A model generated the notes under the pieces. That model searched no databases. It had not been told where the DNA came from and saw nothing but the letters and a program-made list of their open reading frames with translations. A stretch of DNA of 64,000 bases. Origin: Eledone cirrhosa (taxonomy: Eukaryota). The first letter of the stretch is position 1; each line of letters opens with the position of its first letter. The stretch spans positions 18,786,001 to 18,850,000 of the forward strand of contig OZ024760.1 in assembly GCA_964016885.1 (NCBI GenBank), given 5' to 3'. Both the position numbers and the translations under genes were made by a program. Of this stretch, positions 1-12,790 are shown in pieces.

Positions 1-685
1 ATGTTTGTTTACAAACACACCGAGCATTATAATAAATGTTTGGTGAATCCATACGTACATATATATATGTGGCATGTATGTATATATATATACATACTAC
101 TGTGCGTCTATATACATGTATGTATGTACGTATACATACTTATATTTAAGTAACAGCCGTACTAAGAGTGGGAAATGAAATTTCGTTTCATTTTTTCCGT
201 TTATATATATATATATATATATATTTAGGTTTGTTGGTTCACCACTGGATAGAATTTGTCATTCCGTATGCTCAATCTTGATGTAATATTATGGAGAGTA
301 CTCAACGTAGTGCAGTTCACCCGTCTTCGTTTGTGTAGTTGGTGGTGCTAATATGGAGTTAATTATTACAAATAAAATAACAGGAGGCTGGACTTCAAAA
401 GTTTATTATACTATGAAATCCTTCAAAAGTTTATTATACTATGATCATTTCAATGACCCGGTTCCGTATGAATCCGGTGATATCATCAGGTATTCGAAAT
501 ATAACAAAGGAATATATAAAATGCATGGGTCCGAAAATCAGAGACAGATAGGACGACTGCCCAACTAGCTGCTTTCACCTCGGTCAGTCGCCCTCAAGTG
601 ATGGCAACTCGGTCTACTAATGACCATCTGGTGAGGGGGCGAAGGCTTATAATGTACTACCACCTCTCCGTCAGAGAATAAAAAA

Positions 686-757
<72 letters not shown>

Positions 758-758
758 A
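686..758 (+). repeat. (GAAA)n microsatellite
   Basis: Direct tetranucleotide run. Confidence 0.95.
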
Positions 759-1839
759 AAGTCAGCGTAAGGGTCACGCTACAGTCATGCTAGAGGACGC
801 CGCGAAAAATGTTATTCCAAAGAACTCATAATTTAACAAATGCATATATATGGGTGTCTGTATGGTCTAATGTGTGAACAGAAAATTGGAACGTTAACTT
901 ATGTTAAGAGTTATAGGATGAAATTAAATTATTAGAAAATTAATAGAAAATGAAAGGTTTGTGCTGCTAGATTTATTTAATGAAATTACAAAGAGAGAGT
1001 CATATATGAAAAAGTTTAAGTGTATTATAGGGAATCTCGATAAGTTATCAAGGTGGGATATAGAGTAAAGATAAAAGCCTTCGATTGTAAATCCCAGCCA
1101 GCACCTCCTAACCACGTGTCAGCCAGTTTCGAGTGGTATGGTGTAGCGAAATAAATGGAAATTAATTTTTCCGAGTACTCTAGGAATGTAACTGCGATAG
1201 GCTCCGGGTGTGCCAGGCGAAAGTCAACCAGCTTCTACAGGCCATCGTCTATACCAAACGAATACTATTAATTCCTGTGTGGTATTAATAGTAGTCGTTC
1301 AAGAAGAAGAAAAAAAAAAGAAAGAAGAAGAAGATGAAAAAGAACACCACCACCACCAACAACAACAACACCCACAACAACAAATATTCCGATATTGAAT
1401 TCTAGGTATATGTCATTAACGAAATATTAGGTTAAAAGTGTTTCCCATTATCTTTCTCGTAATGGGGTCGATAAAATAAAGTACCAATAATACACTGGGT
1501 AATTGCTGGCCTTGTGCCAAAAAGGTAGAAACAATTATCTTTCTCGTAATGACTTTATCATTTAGTTTGTATTTTTGGTTTTGTTATTTCATCACAAAGA
1601 GACACGCTATTATCTCCCTTGTGTATTAATTAACTTTAAAAGGGAGCTAATGATATCTGACTAAAATAATTGAAATCTGAAACTTTTTACCTTTTCTGTA
1701 AACGTTTTCATTATCAGAAACTATTAAAATGGTTACATATCAAAAAAAAAAATTAGATTCTGTGAAAGGTTTATGATTGGTTACCCCATAATTTACACCC
1801 CCGCTCCCCTTCTCTCTCTTCACTAAAAAAATAAACAAA

Positions 1840-2330
1840 CAAACACCCACCAAAAAATGAATAAACAAGCACCCACCTCCCCCAAAACACCCCACACCCA
1901 CCTACCTCAAACAAATCCCCACACCCACCTCCAAAAACACCCCACACCAATTTACTCCCAATCCCCCACACCCACCTCCAAAATATCCCCCACACCCACC
2001 TCCAAAAAATCCCCACACCCACCTCCCAAATACCCCCCACACCCACCTAAAAAAACCCTCACACCCACCTCCAAAAACCTCCCACACCCACCTCAACCCC
2101 CCACCCACTTAAAAACCTCCCACCCACCTAAATCCCCCACCTCACCCCACAACCGCCACCAAAAAACAAACGAACACCACCTCTAAAAAACATCCCCCTA
2201 AAATAACAATCACCCCCCTCTAAAAAGCAAACCAAAACCTTCCCCTCCAAAAAACAACAAACACCTCCCCTCCAAAAAAACAAATGAAAACCTCCCCTCC
2301 AAAAAACAAACAAAAACCTCTTCCCTTCCT
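1840..2330 (+). repeat. Degenerate C/A-rich tandem repeat (~21-bp unit CCCCACACCCACCTCCAAAAA-like)
   Basis: Recurrent cacacccacctcc motif; the overlapping ORFs are low complexity. Confidence 0.75.
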
Positions 2331-2546
2331 TAAAAGAAAACACAACGGAATCTTCAAAATTTGGGTCATTATACCTTCGATTAGAGAATATAATCAATAA
2401 ATGACTTGAAAGTCCAGTTTTTGTTGCGAATTAAGAACTCTTAAACATTACAAAATATTAAATTAATGCTGATGTCGAAACAAAAAAAAAAGATGTGTAC
2501 AAAAATCTAGATTGTCATCAAATATATTGACACGAATATGGTGAGA

Positions 2547-2708
2547 AAATGCATTTTAAAATACATTTTAAAATACATTTTAAAATAAATTTTAAAATGC
2601 ATTTTAAAATACATTTTAAATACATTTAAAAATGTATTTTAAAATGCATTTTAAAATATATTTTAAAATGTATTTAAACGTATTTTAAGATGCATTTTAA
2701 AATGCATA
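2547..2708. repeat. AT-rich self-complementary repeat (AAAATGCATTTT / AAAATACATTTT units)
   Basis: Tandem ~12-bp palindromic or near-palindromic units. Confidence 0.8.
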
Positions 2709-2857
2709 ATGTGTTAGCATATTCCTAAGGACCGATACTTCTAACGATTCTCCAATGATTTTGAAAATAATCAAGAAATATTAATATTAAGGATTTAGCT
2801 GATATTTGGAACATAACTTAACAAAGGTTATCTCATGCAAGTATAATGGTTTTTGAT

Positions 2858-3056
2858 TTAGGCACAAGGTGAACAATTTTTTCGTGGAAGGGAAAGTCGA
2901 TTAAATCGACCCGAGTGCGTGACTGGTACTTTATTTTATCGACCCCGTAAGGATGAAAGGTAAAGATAACCTCGGCGGCATTTGAACTCAGAACGTAAAG
3001 GACCATAACTCTATGCTGCAAAGCATGGTGTCTGACGCTCTACCGATACTGCCAAG
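2858..3056 (-). mobile_element. SINE family A copy
   Basis: Reverse complement of gagttcaaat..cgccgagg..tttcatccttacggggtcgataaaataaagtaccag, a core present in more than 12 copies in the window; B-box-like GTTCAAAT. Confidence 0.8.
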
Positions 3057-3207
3057 ACACAAGGCCAGCAATTTCTGCGACTCTGTCACAACACGTAAAG
3101 AGAGAGGAGTAGTAAGAGGTAGTCAAACCACTCATCTCTCTTTACGCGTGCTGCCTGCGTGAATGTATGTGTGTGTAAAAGGAAGGGGATGGTGAAAAGA
3201 ACACGCT

Positions 3208-3510
3208 GTATGTGAGTGTATGTGTATGCGTGTTTGTGTAAGTGTATGTGTGAGTGTGTGTGTTTGTGTGAATATATGTGTGTGTTTGTGTGAATGTATG
3301 TGTGTGTTTGAGTGAATGCATGTGTGTGTTTGTGTGAATGTATGTGTGTGTTTGTGTGAATGTATGTGTGTGTTTGTGTGAATGCATGTGTGTGTTTGTG
3401 TAAATGTATGTGTGTGTTTGTGTGAATGTATGTGTGTGTTTGTGTAAATGTATGTGTGTGTTTGTGTGAATGTATGTGTGTGTTTGTGTGAATGTATGTC
3501 TGTGAGTGTA
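3208..3510 (+). repeat. (TG)-based ~20-bp minisatellite (TGTGTGTTTGTGTGAATGTA)
   Basis: Direct tandem units. Confidence 0.9.
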
Positions 3511-4000
3511 TATTTTTGTAAGCGTGTCTGTGTTTGCACGTTTATATTTATATACTCATACCGTATAAATGTATGCATATGCATATATACACACACACTC
3601 ATATACACATACGTGTGAGCGTGTGGAAAAAATTCTAGTTCCTTATATTTCAGGTAATCTGTCTTTAATTAATTATATGCCACTGGGCGTAATCAATGGA
3701 GTAGCACTTCTTTAATTTGACAAGGAGCGGGGGAGGGGGAATTGAATTTTCAAATTAATTTTTATTAAATTTATATAGAAAATAGCTCATCCACATACAT
3801 ACTATTCCAACAACTACACCACCACCACCACCACCACCACCACCGCCACCACCACCAAGAAGATAGTTAATCCATTGTCGTTCCTCGGCTTGGTACTTCA
3901 TCAAATTTCTGATCTTGTAAAAGTGGATTATTTCAGATATCTTAGGATCTCAGGAAGACGGGTTGATGTGAATTAAACACGGCTCAGTTGACAATTAACT

Positions 4001-4970
4001 AGGTGTGTGGCTTCGTGGTTAGGGGTATTTGGATCACAACCGTAAGGTCGTGAGTTCGATTCCCGGCGTAGGAGGTTAACATAAGTGAAGGCATGTGGCT
4101 TCAGGTGTGTGGCTTCATGGTTAGGGGTATTTGGATCACAACCGTAAGGTCGTGAGTTCGATTCCCGGCGTAGGAGGTTAACATAAGTGAAGGCATGTGG
4201 CTTCAGGCGTGTGGCTTCGTGGTTAGGGGTATTTGGATCACAACCGTAAGGTCGTGAGTTCGATTCCCAGCGTAGGAGGTTAACATAAGTGAAGGCGTGT
4301 GGCTTTGTGGTTAGGGGTATTCGGATCACAACCGTAAGGTCGTGAATTCGATTCCAGGCGTAGCGTTGTGTCCTTGAGCAAGACACTTTATTTCACGTTG
4401 CTCCAGTCAAGTCCACTCAGCTGGCAAAAGTGAGTTGTGCCTGTAATTCGAACAGGACTAGCATTGTCATATTCGGTGTCACACTGAATCTCCCTGAGAA
4501 CCACGTTAAGAGCTGAATCTCCCTGAGAGAACCACGTTAAGAGTTTAATCTCCCTGAGAACCATGTTAAGACCTGAATCTCCCCGAGAACCACGTTAAGA
4601 GCTGAATCTCCCTGAGAGAACCACGTTAAGAGTTGAATCTGCCTGAGAACCACGTTAAGACCTGCATTTCCCTGAGACCCACGTTAAGAGCTGAATCTCC
4701 CTGAGGTCCACGTTAAGAACTGAATCTCCCTGAGAACCACGTTAAGTGCTGAATCTCCCTGAGAGAACCACGTTAAGAACTGAATCTCTCTGAGAAAACC
4801 ACATTAAGAGCTGAATCTCCCTGAGAACCACGTTAAGAGCTGAATCTCCCTAAGAGAACCACGTTAAAGATACCCATGTCTGTGGAATGTTGCTCAACCA
4901 CTTGCACGTTAATTTGATCGTATCAATTGGAACTGGAACACTCGTCGTCGTAACCGATGGAAGGCCAGTA
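4001..4970 (+). mobile_element. tRNA-derived SINE (family B) with 4 tandem heads (~102-bp period) and an internal ~29-31-bp minisatellite
   Basis: A-box-like gtggcttcgtggttag and B-box gagttcgattcc x4; core gttgtgtccttgagcaagacactttatttcac; ~13 units of ctgaatctccctgagaaccacgttaagag at 4485-4868. Confidence 0.8.
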
Positions 4971-5782
4971 TTTACTTGTAAGCTATCGTATTATTTTACT
5001 CTTGTATATATTTAAAAATTAAATACTTTATTGATAACAATATTTTTTTCAGTTGAAACAAAGAAAAAAAAAAGAAAAAAAGAAAGAAACAAACAAGCCA
5101 ACAAAAACAAAAGATTAAAAAAATTCATTGGTATCTGAAATAACCTCATCGTTAAGTATTCAATAAATTCATGAAAATATACACTGAAAAATCACCATTT
5201 TCTAGATTTACCGTAAAAACCCTGACAAATCAAAACTGAAATTATTCAAGTCTAAGAAATTTAAACAAAAATACAATTTCCTTTGCAATCGTGTTCGTTA
5301 AAAATAAATTTAATAATCATTTAGATTTTGTCAAAGGTTACCATTTCAATTACTTTCCCATGAATACATGCATATTGTCTTGGCATTAGAAATACACGTT
5401 TTAGAAATAGCAAACTAAGCTTAATCTGTAATGTATATTAAATTAGAAACAACAACAACAACAACATCAACAACAGCAAACAAACAAAGGAAAAATTAAA
5501 ACACTCCACCATCCTAAAAATCAAATCTAAATCGGATACAAAATATAAAATATAAAATACAATATATATATATATATAAAAACTTTAATGATGTAAAGGA
5601 AATGATTTTGATAATAAAGGTTATTGAAATTTTGAATTCCAAAATATTTTGATGGAGAACTAACTCATGAAGAAGGCGTTGTTTAGAAGATCTTATCCAA
5701 AAAGACCCCCCCCCCCAAAAAAAAAATCTAATATGTCAATCATACAGCTGTTAGGCTTTCACTCCATTAAAAATCGTGGGGA

Positions 5783-6030
5783 TGGACATAGCTGAATGGT
5801 TAAGAAGCTTGCTTTGAAATCATGAAGTCCCAGGTTTAATACCTCTGCATGACATCTTTGGAAAGTGTCTTGGAAAGTGTCTTGGAAGATGTCTTGAAAA
5901 GGGTCTTGGAAAGGGTTTTGGGAAGTGTCTTGGAAAGGGTCTTGGAAATGGTATTGGAAAGTGTCTTGGAAAATGTCTTGGAAAGGGTCTTGGAAAGGGT
6001 CTTGAAAAGTGTCTTTACCCGAGACACCCT
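5783..6030 (+). mobile_element. Degenerate tRNA-SINE head followed by a 12-bp tandem array (GTCTTGGAAAGT)n
   Basis: tagctgaatggttaag head; 12-mer array 5855-6015 resembling the SINE core. Confidence 0.65.
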
Positions 6031-6104
6031 TTTGTGAGCGAAATTGGGTAAGTGGAAATTGCTATGGGAAATCCAGGCGGTTTCCATGGTGTGAATTGAC
6101 TGAG

Positions 6105-6316
6105 AATACAAGACTCTCCCTGGACAGGACACCAGTCCATCGCAGGGTTAAACTCTCCAGGTATTGCTGGTACTCATTTTCAGCTGAGTATACTGGAGCA
6201 ACGTGAAATGAAGTGTTTTGCTCAAGAACACAACACGCAACCCAGTCCAGGAATCGAAGCCATGATGACATTATGATCTAAGTTCAACCCCATTACCACT
6301 AGGCCACGCACTTCCA
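6105..6316 (-). mobile_element. tRNA-derived SINE family B copy
   Basis: Reverse complement of gcgtggcctagtggt..ttcgattcctggact..gttcttgagcaaaacacttcatttcacgttgctccag. Confidence 0.75.
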
Positions 6317-6957
6317 CAAATACCCAGCCACTTTCACACTATGATATGTAAAAGATGAATTCTACCTCTAATTCAAAGGTCCGACCTTGTCACATATTGT
6401 GTCACACTGTTTCAGACACTTATACATTATATAGGTGTACAGTATAGATGTCTGCGGAATACTCAACCATCTACACGTTAATTTTCAAACTGGTCACTAC
6501 ACTCATTCAGTTAACCGAACAACACAACTGGGTGCTCAGTTTCGAAGCTGACGGAAGATCCATCACACTAAGTCTAACCAACAGCGATTTCTGACATAGA
6601 ATACAGAAATATGTTTTGTTTGTTTTTCCATCAAACTTGGAAGGAATCAGTCACATATTAATTGGTACTTCAAAAGTTCTTTGAGAGAACTTTTCCTATA
6701 TAAATATTTTATATAAACATACAGTTGCTTAACAGATTTGATCTTTTTGATTATTCAATATTAAACTATAAATACATTTTATCAAAATCTTTTATCTAAT
6801 TCTATGAAATAGAATTTCATTAACTTCGAGTAGAATTCAAGAAAATCTTTGAACTATCATTATGAAGCTAATAGAATATCGACATTTAATTTACTGCTTT
6901 TGTAATTCATTAGCAGTTATATCCGGCCTTACCCGGGTTTATTAATATCTAACATAA

Positions 6958-7220
6958 CGGTGGAGGATTGCCAGAATCGTTAGGGTGTCGGACAAAATGT
7001 TATATGCGGCCTTACCCGGGTTTATTAATATCAAACCTAACGGTGGTGGATTGGCTGAATCGTTAGGGTGTCGGACAAAATGTTTTACAGTATTTATTCC
7101 GATTCTTTACGCCATGAGTTCAAATCATACCGAGATCAACTTCGTCTTTCATCCTTTCGGAGTCGACCAAATAAAGCACACATCAAGTACCGGGGTCGAT
7201 TTAATCAACTTTCCCCCTTT
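6958..7220 (+). mobile_element. SINE family A-related copy with a duplicated 5' segment
   Basis: gagttcaaatc..tttcatcctttcggagtcga core; ~80-bp tandem duplication across 6916-7085. Confidence 0.7.
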
Positions 7221-7796
7221 TAAGGTTTTAATTTATGAAAAGTAATAAGCTAAAATCTTAAGTTTGTTCTCATTAATATCATGTTCAAAAGGCCCCCTTA
7301 AATATTCAAATTGCTCCTTCGCCCTGTGGGGTGTGCGACCTACGTTGGAAATCACTAATTTAGATAATATAAAATTGTATTCACTACTAGCTAATCTTGA
7401 AGTATTAACAACTTGAAAGAATTCTGTTCGTTGGATCCTTGGAATGAAAAGTTTTAATTATATCACGTGGTATATGTATAGCAAAGGCCATTTTGTATTT
7501 CTGAATTTCTGAAGAATTTTTTAATTTTAAATCTAAGTTATCTAATTTCTTTATCAATATATTATATATTTAAGTATTAAATTTAACAACAACAACAGCA
7601 ACAGCAACAACAACAAACAGAGATACAAACATGTATAATATTACAAAATAAAAATTTGCAGAAAAAGAAGAAAAAGAAAGAAAAACAAGAGGAAGTAAAA
7701 TCGTAATCTGCTTTCTCATTTTCTCTGAAAGGAAAGGAGACCTGTTTATGAATAATTTATCCAATATATGATGAGAGGAATCGCATGCAATTTCTG

Positions 7797-7842
<46 letters not shown>

Positions 7843-8366
7843 CCCATTAAAAACAACAACAAAACTGCCCCCAAAAAACAAAACAAAACAAATAAGATGA
7901 GAGGAAACAAATGAGATTTCTGACAAAACAACAAAATCCCCTCCCAAAACCCCGTAAAAAATAAAAATAAAAACTAACACAAAAAAGCTAACTTAATTCA
8001 CAATGTGTTTTAAATATAAAAAAAAAAAAAAAATTAATCTCTTCTGAATTTCTTGAATGTAAATTTTACTACAAAACAACTCTGAGCACTTCAATGTTTA
8101 TATATATGTAGATCAAAATGTATTTTGTTTGGTTAGCTTTTAATAATAAGCTGAAAGTGTATTAGAGAGTGAAAAAAGCAAAGAAACATATTTTAGTTTT
8201 TCGTTTAATTTATGCTGTTACATGTTCAGTAGAAATTGTATGTTTCTGTAATATACATATCATATTTCATGACACAGAGTTATATAATAGTCACTATCTA
8301 CATATATATATATATATGTGTGTATGTGTATGTGTATATATATGTATGTGTGTATATGTGTGTGTA

Positions 8367-8430
<64 letters not shown>

Positions 8431-8544
8431 CACACGTATCTTAATCACATATATGTACATATGTATAAATCTATACATATATGTAAATACGTATATATAT
8501 GTGTGTATATGTGTGTATGCATATATATACATACATACATACAT

Positions 8545-8573
<29 letters not shown>

Positions 8574-8576
<3 letters not shown>

Positions 8577-8782
8577 TAGAAAGTGAGGTTTTTTTTACAA
8601 AATGAAAAATAACCGAGGTGTCCTACACGAGTGGAAGTATAAAGAAAAAGGGATGAAATCGAAAATGCAACTGAAGTCTTATTTTTAAAAAAAATATATA
8701 TATTTATTTGGTTCCTTTACCGGTTTCGCAGTTCTTCTGCTTTTCAAAAGGTGAGTTGAGATGGAGGGTCTGTGGTTTTTCT

Positions 8783-8786
<4 letters not shown>
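8574..8786 (-). mobile_element. Short non-autonomous PLE-like element with hammerhead (second copy ~38569-38865)
   Basis: Near-identical second copy; flanked by (TA)n; contains an HHR motif. Confidence 0.65.
8714..8751 (-). ncRNA. Minimal type I hammerhead ribozyme, U3-A8 core variant
   Basis: Minus strand reads CCTT-TTGAAAA-GCAG AAGAA CTGC-GAAA-CCGG-TA-AAGG: perfect stems I and II, palindromic stem III, GUA site. Confidence 0.75.
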
Positions 8787-8823
<37 letters not shown>

Positions 8824-8828
<5 letters not shown>

Positions 8829-9014
8829 AACCAGTAAGACCCCGACAGCTGAGCTCAAGCCGTTTCGACGGCTAATCCCAGAATTAGCCGTCGAAACGGC
8901 TTGAGCTCAGCTGTCGGGGTCTTACTGGTTCCTATTACCCACTCTACTACCTCAAGTATTGAGTACTTTGGTGCGTTATGGTCCACCTGGTTCCTTACCA
9001 CATTTCCTTCGTTA
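8824..9014 (+). mobile_element. Fold-back element: perfect 53-bp-arm hairpin containing the 3' half of a hammerhead, plus ~80-bp tail
   Basis: Arms 8824-8876 and 8883-8935, loop CCCAGA; relatives at 29471, 39618 and 60379. Confidence 0.75.
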
Positions 9015-9046
9015 TATATATATATATATATATATATGTGTATGTA

Positions 9047-10017
9047 GTGATGCTTTTGGAAAACTGAACAAGCGTCTCTGGTCTCAACACGGAATTTCGG
9101 TAAAGACAAAGCTCAAAGTGTATCATGCGTGTGTGCTCGCGGCACTTCTTTATGCTTGTGAGACGTGGGTGATCTACCGTAGACAGATGAAGCGACTTGA
9201 GAGGTTCCACCAGTACTGCTTACGTCCGATCCTCGGCATAACTTGGCAAATGTTTGTCAGTAACGTTGAGGTTCTGGACAGAAGTGGCTGTGATAAGGTC
9301 GAGTCCTTGATTTTGAAACATAAGCTGCGCTTGACAGGCCATCTTGTAAGGATGAATGACAAGCGAATGCCGAAGCAGCTGCTTTATGGCGAGCTCCAAA
9401 TGGGAAAAAGGAACGCGAGCAAACCCAAGGTGCGTTTTAAGGACTGCATCAAGGGGGCGCTCAAGAAAAGTAACATCCCTTGTAAGCACTGGGAAGCATG
9501 CGCTAGCGACCGATCGCATTGGAGGAAGTGGCAAGTGGAGGAAGTGGAGGAAGTGGCAGTGGCTAGTGGCAAGAGTCTATTTGAGGAAACAAGAAGAAGG
9601 CACGCGACACTAAAAAGAGATGTCCGGAAAGGAATCCATGTTGGCCTTCCCGAAGGCACTGACAGACGGCCTGACCTGACATGTGAGACCTGTAATAGGA
9701 TTTGTCTGAGCATGGCAGGTCTAAAGAGTCACCTGAGAGTGCACAAGAACAGGGAAGTAGGTACCTGTGGGGCTATAAGTGTTCATCAGACGTCGTCATG
9801 TAATGTTTGTGGAAGGGTATGCAGGTCGAGTAGTGATCTCACACGACACCTTGGGTCACATGGTACCATGGGCCCAGCACTAGGTGTCAATAATTGTCAC
9901 AAGTGTAGTGTTTGTACCAGAGTTTTCAAGTCACACTCGTTCAGCTCATCGGTAGGGGTTCTCCTGCATGGATATAAAGTAGTGGCCGTACTCGAAAACG
10001 AGTTGGCAGCCACCATG
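9047..10017 (+). mobile_element. RTE-clade LINE, 5'-truncated: post-RT region, C2H2 zinc fingers, 3' UTR
   Basis: TKLKVYHACVLAALLYACETW, RLTGHLVRMNDKRMPKQLLYGEL and KPKVRFKD are typical RTE ORF motifs; CxxC..HxxxH fingers follow. Confidence 0.9.
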
Positions 10018-10050
10018 TGCATGTGTGTGTCTGTGTGTGTGTACACACGT

Positions 10051-10132
<82 letters not shown>

Positions 10133-10320
10133 GTATTTACACATATATATAGGTATATACCTATATACCTATACATATATATATATACATACATATATAT
10201 ACGGATATATACATATATATATACATACATATATAGACATATATATATATATATATATATAGTGGTAGAACACTGGAAGGTAATATCCGTAGTGGTAGAG
10301 CACTCAGTCCATGGGACGAG

Positions 10321-10441
10321 GATGAAGGACTAGCGTTCGAAACGTTAAGACCCTCTTCCTGTTATATCAAGCGTTAACCTAATATATACCTTCCATATAC
10401 TGTACCGATTGTGTTGTTATTTCTGTTTACCTTTTACATAT
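10321..10441 (+). mobile_element. Short PLE-like element with 5'-truncated hammerhead (second copy 60720-60850, minus)
   Basis: GATGA-A-GGAC TAGC GTTC-GAAA-CG-TT-AAGA, then a ~90-bp tail shared with the 60.7-kb copy. Confidence 0.6.
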
Positions 10442-10540
10442 ATATATTAGGTTATGCAAGAAATGCTTAGGATTATCCTGAATGCAGTAATGGAATAAAT
10501 TACATTTTTATGATGTCTACCTGTTATTATTCATTCTTTA

Positions 10541-10612
<72 letters not shown>

Positions 10613-10913
10613 CACAAGTATATATTGGTACGAAACTACACGTGATGTGGTTACTTTGGTATCTCTGCTTCTTTTGGCTGGCTTCCTTTTATTTTTATGA
10701 TGACCTTTCCCCCATCACACAGCCTTACAGCAAATCAAACGAAAGTAGCAACGCTTTTCTTCATGGAATATCTCTTATATCAGACACGCCCCCAGGTCAG
10801 TTAACTGTTTTATAAATGTTTTTCCTTCTCTGACTTTTAATGAAGTATTGTACTTATATGATATACATACATTTTATATATATATATATATATATTCATT
10901 AGTTTTGCGAGGT

Positions 10914-10970
10914 CTGTTATTAATTCTGGCAATATTACACAAATATGACCCTCCCCAAGTATAACAATAT
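10914..10970 (+). mobile_element. 3'-terminal stub of the Neptune pseudo-LTR
   Basis: ctgttattaattctggcaatattac..atatgaccctccccaa.tataacaat matches 46864-46920. Confidence 0.8.
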
Positions 10971-11325
10971 ATATTTATTAGTTAAGCAAAACAAGACCAC
11001 AAATTTCACAAGGAAGACATTATTAAAAGACTGTCAACGTATTTTAGTTTGATGTAGGGAATGTAGAGAATAATAATAATAATAATAATATTAATAATAA
11101 TAATGTCCGTTTACAATTGTTTCGCTACTCCATATAATATTTCTGGATATATATATATATATATATATAATTGTTTCTACTTTTGGCACAAGGCCAGCAT
11201 ATGGAACTCTTTTAATCATCTTTTAATTTCTTCTTTATTATATATACTCCAGTTCTACCAACTGTTGAGTGCTACTTATTTGATATATGCATACTTTTAT
11301 TGTTCTACAATATTACTCACCTTCT

Positions 11326-11377
<52 letters not shown>

Positions 11378-11630
11378 TATGTATATATATACACATACAT
11401 ATACACACATTAAATATATTACATATATATATATATAATGTGTGTATGTGTATATATACAATGTATATATACGATGTATATATGTGTTTATATTATATAT
11501 ATATGTGTGTTTATATTATATATATATATGTGTTTATATTATATATATATATGTATATATATTATGTATATATATGTATATATATATCATTAACATCCAT
11601 CTTCTACTCTAGCCCGGAACCATATATTGT

Positions 11631-11694
11631 ATTTTATCTGACGAAGGCATGCCATATTTTTAATATGGTATCCCCGAAATATGTATAATGAAAT
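11631..11694 (+). ncRNA. Minimal hammerhead ribozyme
   Basis: ATTTTAT-CTGACGA-stem II (GCCATAT/ATATGGT core)-GAAA-TATGTA-TA-ATGAAAT; paralog at 35876. Confidence 0.7.
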
Positions 11695-11736
11695 AAATAT
11701 GGTTTTATAAATATAGTTTCCATTTGTTTAATATCG

Positions 11737-11769
<33 letters not shown>

Positions 11770-11862
11770 CTATATATATATATATATATATTTGTCTATA
11801 TATATATATATATATATTTGTCTATATATATATATATATATTTGTCTATATATATATATATT

Positions 11863-11902
<40 letters not shown>

Positions 11903-11903
<1 letters not shown>

Positions 11904-12100
11904 CAGGTCAGGTTACTCTAGAGTGTTACTGTTAACATGTAACCCAGTATAACTTGTCTCATGGTTGGGCCGTCGGTGATTAAACCGGCAACCTCACCAA
12001 GTTTGCTTGGTGAGGAGGGTGATATTTGGACACCCTGCAGGAAGAAATACAAGACCCGGCAAAGGGTGGAGGAACTCAGCAGAGTCAACGGCCATCCAAA
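11903..12100 (+). repeat. Interspersed repeat, possibly RTE 5'-UTR derived (second copy 27493-27668)
   Basis: Two diverged copies share taaac.ggcaacc.caccaag..gtgaggagggtga; origin is inference. Confidence 0.55.
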
Positions 12101-12676
12101 TAATACTTTTTTTTATTGGTTATTTTGTTAATTTTGAAAGGCGAGTGACAGATCGAAGGTAAAATTCCGTATGAAAATTGAAAATTAAAAAAAACACACA
12201 AAGTTTGAAAACAGTAATTTTAGAGAAACTGCGCTAATGACCAGGTCACAAGCAGTGCGACGAAAAGTGTTTTTCACCAAGAATTGTATAATAAATGTAA
12301 AGTGGTAAAAAATTATTCTTGTATGATGTCATTGATTTTTCGATAAACTACCATCAAAAGATGAAATACTGGAACACCATTGAGAAATTTTACCATCTTA
12401 AAGATATAAATGTTAGCACTATGCTGATAATAAACATTCATTTTATTTGCCAATATCTACAGGCGCCTATTAGTCTGATCCTATAAAGCTATTCCTTTTC
12501 AAGAATCGGTGCAATACATTCTATTGATCAGAAAGGAAAACGATGTATTAATCATAAATCTCACACACTAACAAACGGTTATTTAAGATATAAAAATCAT
12601 TTCATGCATCCAATATCCACATGGTTGTAACAAATGAGGTTGTGTGGTGGACCAGACTGAAAACATTGAAGAAAAA

Positions 12677-12790
12677 CTCTCCCCCTCTCTATATCAATTA
12701 CCACCAAACTCTCCCCCTCTCTATATCAATTACCACCAAACTCTCCCCCTCTCTATATCAATTACCACCAAACTCTCCCCCTCTCTATAT
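12677..12790 (+). repeat. 32-bp tandem repeat, ~3.5 units
   Basis: ctctccccctctctatatcaattaccaccaaa. Confidence 0.9.

Noticed and set aside
4001-4360. tRNA gene cluster
   Set aside because: A/B boxes run into the SINE core with no clean acceptor stem; these are SINE heads
4485-4868. CRISPR-like ~30-bp repeats (also the 42-bp array at 13606)
   Set aside because: Head-to-tail units with no unique spacers, no cas genes, eukaryotic context
8959-10152. 397-aa ORF as a host zinc-finger gene
   Set aside because: Chimeric read-through of a fold-back element tail, (TA)n, an RTE fragment and (CA)n
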